A DNA stretch of 36,716 nucleotides from a bacterium. GTDB taxonomy: Bacteria > Latescibacterota > UBA2968. Below are positions 34,050 to 36,716 of the stretch, one piece after another. Each line of letters begins with the position of its first letter. The stretch's first letter is position 1. Below the pieces are notes generated by a model. That model was given only the letters and a program-made list of their open reading frames with translations. It made no database searches and was not told the DNA's origin. The stretch lies in assembly GCA_027296045.1 (NCBI GenBank), contig JAPUJS010000354.1, positions 1 to 36,716 on the forward strand, given 5' to 3'. Both the position numbers and the translations under genes were made by a program.

Positions 34050-35816
34050 TCACCAGCCCAACATGACCGACTCCCGCCTGGGGTCGGCACCGCCCTGGTA
34101 GACGCCGGAATCCATGTCAACGAGGATTGGCACAAAACCGTTGGTGATGCCCCAGGGCCCGGTCACTTCGACGTCGTGGCCCCGATCTCTCAGACCGTTG
34201 GCCGCCTCCGAGGAGATGCGCCCTTCCAGGACCAGGCGATTGGGCGCAATCCGATGCGGCCAGGGCGACTGGGGGAAGCTGTAGCTGCAGAACCGGGGGG
34301 CTGCGACGGCTTCCTGGACGTTTAGGCCGAAGTCTACAATATTGCTAAAGACCTGTAGGCTGCTTTGCGTCTGGCTGTCCCCGCCGGGCGTTCCCAGGGT
34401 CATGAAGGGGCGGCCGTTTTTTAGCACAATGAATGTGCAGGGCGTTGTACGGGGGCGCTTTCGGGGCGCAAGGGCGTTGGGGTTTTGGGGGTCGAGCCAG
34501 AAATAGCAGCCCCGACAGTTGATCAGGATGCCCGTGTCGCCCAGGACCATGCCCTGGGACAGGCCGGAGAAGGTGCTGGGTGTAACAGATACCATGTTTC
34601 CCTGTGCGTCCACGGCAGATAGGTGCGTGGTGCCGTCCGGATCTCCGACCGTTTCCGAAGTCACGTGCCCGGCGGGCTGATCCTCAACCGTGGCCCGCAT
34701 CCTGCAAGGGTCCCCCGGGGGGTAAGTCGCCTGCGCTTTTTCAGGGTCCAGGATGCTGTGGCGCAGGCCGGCGTATTGGGGGGACAGCAGACCTTCTACG
34801 GGCACGTCGACAAAGGCCGGGTCTCCGGCGTAGCGCTCTCGATCGGCCAGGGCCAGCTTCAGCGCTTCCACCTGCAAATGAATGGCCCGGGGGCTGTTGT
34901 GGCCGAGCGCAGCCAGGTCGCAGGCCTCCAGGATGTTTAGCGCCTCCAGTAAGGCGATGCCCTGAGTCCAGGTGCGGTTGGTGTAGATTTCGTAGCCCCG
35001 ATAGGTGGTCGATATCGGGTCTTCCAGGGGCGATTCGTATTCGGCAAAATCCTCGAATGTATACAGCCCGCCGAGGGCCTGCAGGGCATCGACCATCCGG
35101 CGGGCCACATCCCCTTTGTAAAAGACATCGCGGGCCTCCGAAATCGCAGTCGCCCTCGATTTGCCTTTCTGGAGGGCGTTCTCCTCGGCCCGAATCATCA
35201 GCGATAGCGTGCGCGCCAGGTCCGGCTGTTTGAAGCGCGTTCCCGGCTCCGGGGCTTTTCCATCGGGTAAAAATACCCTGGCCGAGGCCGGGTATTTTTT
35301 CAGGTTGGCCACCCGTTCCGGGGTCGCCAGGGTTCGACAGAAGAGCTGATAGGCGGGAAAACCATCGGCTGCCAGGGCGTAAGCGTCTCTGGCCACCTGC
35401 GAAAAGCCCATGGTTCCAAATTCGGAAAGCATGGTGAGCAACGCCGATAGGACGCCGGGAACGGTGGTGCTGAGGACGCCGGGAGGGATTTCTCCCCACC
35501 TGTTTCTGTAGAGATCGATGGTTGCCCCCTGCGGCGCCCAGCCCTGCCCGACGACCGAATGCACTTTGCCTTTGGCAGCGTCGTAGAACAGCATCGCCAC
35601 TTCACCGCCCAGCGTGTAATGCGCTGTGGGTTCCAGCACGCCGGCAGAGAGAGCGGATGCAACCGCAGCGTCTACCGCATTGCCGCCCTGCCCGAGGATA
35701 CGCATGCCCGATTGTGCCGTAAGCTGGGTTCCGCCGCCGACCATGCCGTGCGTGCCCCAGACAATGGGGCGATGGGAGAATGTCCCGTGACTTCCTTCGG
35801 GATAGGTTTGGTTCAT
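34050..35816 (-). CDS. ggt: Gamma-glutamyltransferase family protein (cytoplasmic)
   Basis: GGNAVDAAVA, TVPG, FYKG, GTTHLSAVD..GN (Thr nucleophile), GTPGGD and ADPRR motifs. ATG at 35816 with GAGG SD (alternative 35837). Confidence 0.93.
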   Translation of the reverse strand: MNQTYPEGSHGTFSHRPIVWGTHGMVGGGTQLTAQSGMRILGQGGNAVDAAVASALSAGVLEPTAHYTLGGEVAMLFYDAAKGKVHSVVGQGWAPQGATIDLYRNRWGEIPPGVLSTTVPGVLSALLTMLSEFGTMGFSQVARDAYALAADGFPAYQLFCRTLATPERVANLKKYPASARVFLPDGKAPEPGTRFKQPDLARTLSLMIRAEENALQKGKSRATAISEARDVFYKGDVARRMVDALQALGGLYTFEDFAEYESPLEDPISTTYRGYEIYTNRTWTQGIALLEALNILEACDLAALGHNSPRAIHLQVEALKLALADRERYAGDPAFVDVPVEGLLSPQYAGLRHSILDPEKAQATYPPGDPCRMRATVEDQPAGHVTSETVGDPDGTTHLSAVDAQGNMVSVTPSTFSGLSQGMVLGDTGILINCRGCYFWLDPQNPNALAPRKRPRTTPCTFIVLKNGRPFMTLGTPGGDSQTQSSLQVFSNIVDFGLNVQEAVAAPRFCSYSFPQSPWPHRIAPNRLVLEGRISSEAANGLRDRGHDVEVTGPWGITNGFVPILVDMDSGVYQGGADPRRESVMLGW

Positions 35817-36069
35817 GGTGTTTTCCTCATCGATCATTATTCGCCGTATTCAGACAAGATAATACCCCTGAAATACAAGTCAAGAAGTGCTGTACCGGTC
35901 ATCCCATCCTCTCAGGCGTTTGAGAGCATACGGAACGCCGGTGCCGATTTTAGCTGAAGAATTGCTTTTTTTCTCAGGATCTCGGGCTTGTTTGACGCAA
36001 GTTAAACGTTGTTTTTTCCCGGAAGACAGCGCGTCCTGTGCTGCCCGATCACAACAACGGAGGTGTAAG

Positions 36070-36716
36070 ATGGATCTCGGTCTTAACGGAAAGGTAGCGC
36101 TGGTGACCGGTGCCAATCGGGGAATCGGTCTGGCCACGGCGCTGGGGCTGGCACGGGAAGGGTGCGATGTGGGCATCTGCGCCCGGACTCAGGTGAGCCT
36201 CTCCGCGGCGGCGGAACAGATCGGGGGGCTGGGGGTGCGCGTGGCTGCTGTTCTGGCCGACGTGCTGGAGCCGGAGGATGCGAGCCGGTTCGTGGAGGAA
36301 GCGGCAACCCGATTGGGAGGAATCGATATTCTGATCAATAACGTGGGGGCGAATGTGGGCGAACGGCGGTTGATGGATTCATCGGAGGGGGACTGGGAAC
36401 AGACGTTTCACTACAACGTGTTCCCGGGGGTGCGGCTCACGCGTCGGGTGGTGCCCCATATGCAGAAACGGGGTGGGGGAAACGTGGTCTTTCTTTCTTC
36501 CATCTCCGGCTGGATTCCACAGTTGAGCGGGTCTGCGCAGTACGGGGCGTCGAAGGCGGCACAGATCTTTATGGCCGAACCGCTGGCGCTGGAACTGGTT
36601 CACGACCGTATTCGGGTGAATGTGGTGTCCCCGGGGTCCATTCTGTTTGAAGGCGGAAGCTGGGACGCCTACCGCCAGCGGGACCCGGAGAAGTTTGCCG
36701 CGTACGAGGAAAACGG
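36070..36716 (+). CDS. SDR family oxidoreductase (partial, runs off the window)
   Basis: MDLGLNGKVALVTGANRGIG, ILINNVG, YGASK and IRVNVVSPG motifs. GGAGG SD. Absent from the ORF track because it has no stop in the window. Confidence 0.93.
   Translation, partial: MDLGLNGKVALVTGANRGIGLATALGLAREGCDVGICARTQVSLSAAAEQIGGLGVRVAAVLADVLEPEDASRFVEEAATRLGGIDILINNVGANVGERRLMDSSEGDWEQTFHYNVFPGVRLTRRVVPHMQKRGGGNVVFLSSISGWIPQLSGSAQYGASKAAQIFMAEPLALELVHDRIRVNVVSPGSILFEGGSWDAYRQRDPEKFAAYEEN

Overview
A 36.7-kb bacterial chromosomal segment of moderate to high GC with no CRISPR array, rRNA or phage structural genes. The left part holds a glycolysis operon on the minus strand (PPi-type pfk, gap, pgk, tpiA, secG, tRNA-Leu(GAG)). 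The 3' flank of the tRNA looks like the junction of an integrated element lying left of the window. Next come comF, two single-domain response regulators, a HAD-YvcK/CofD fusion coupled to a second HAD, a SAM hydrolase followed by two small membrane peptides, radC, a membrane-anchored M15-like peptidase and two cupins. A complete non-autonomous IS200/IS605 element (13913-15248; target TTAC, right end TCAA) encodes a TnpB with a rearranged, Fanzor-like RuvC-II site. It is followed by a PAS kinase, a LOG protein, a GT2/radical SAM-SPASM/GT2/K+ channel/DmpA/SSS cluster, a low-complexity repeat protein with a REC-PAS-PAS-HisKA protein, larB-dusB, an isomerase, a self-contained 42-aa gene and an HpcH aldolase. 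At about 33010 a 17-bp remnant of the same IS right end supplies the stop codon of a dipeptidase gene and coincides with an apparent GC-skew reversal. Beyond it lie ggt, the M19-like dipeptidase and a partial SDR. All product calls come from motif recognition by eye, not database searches.
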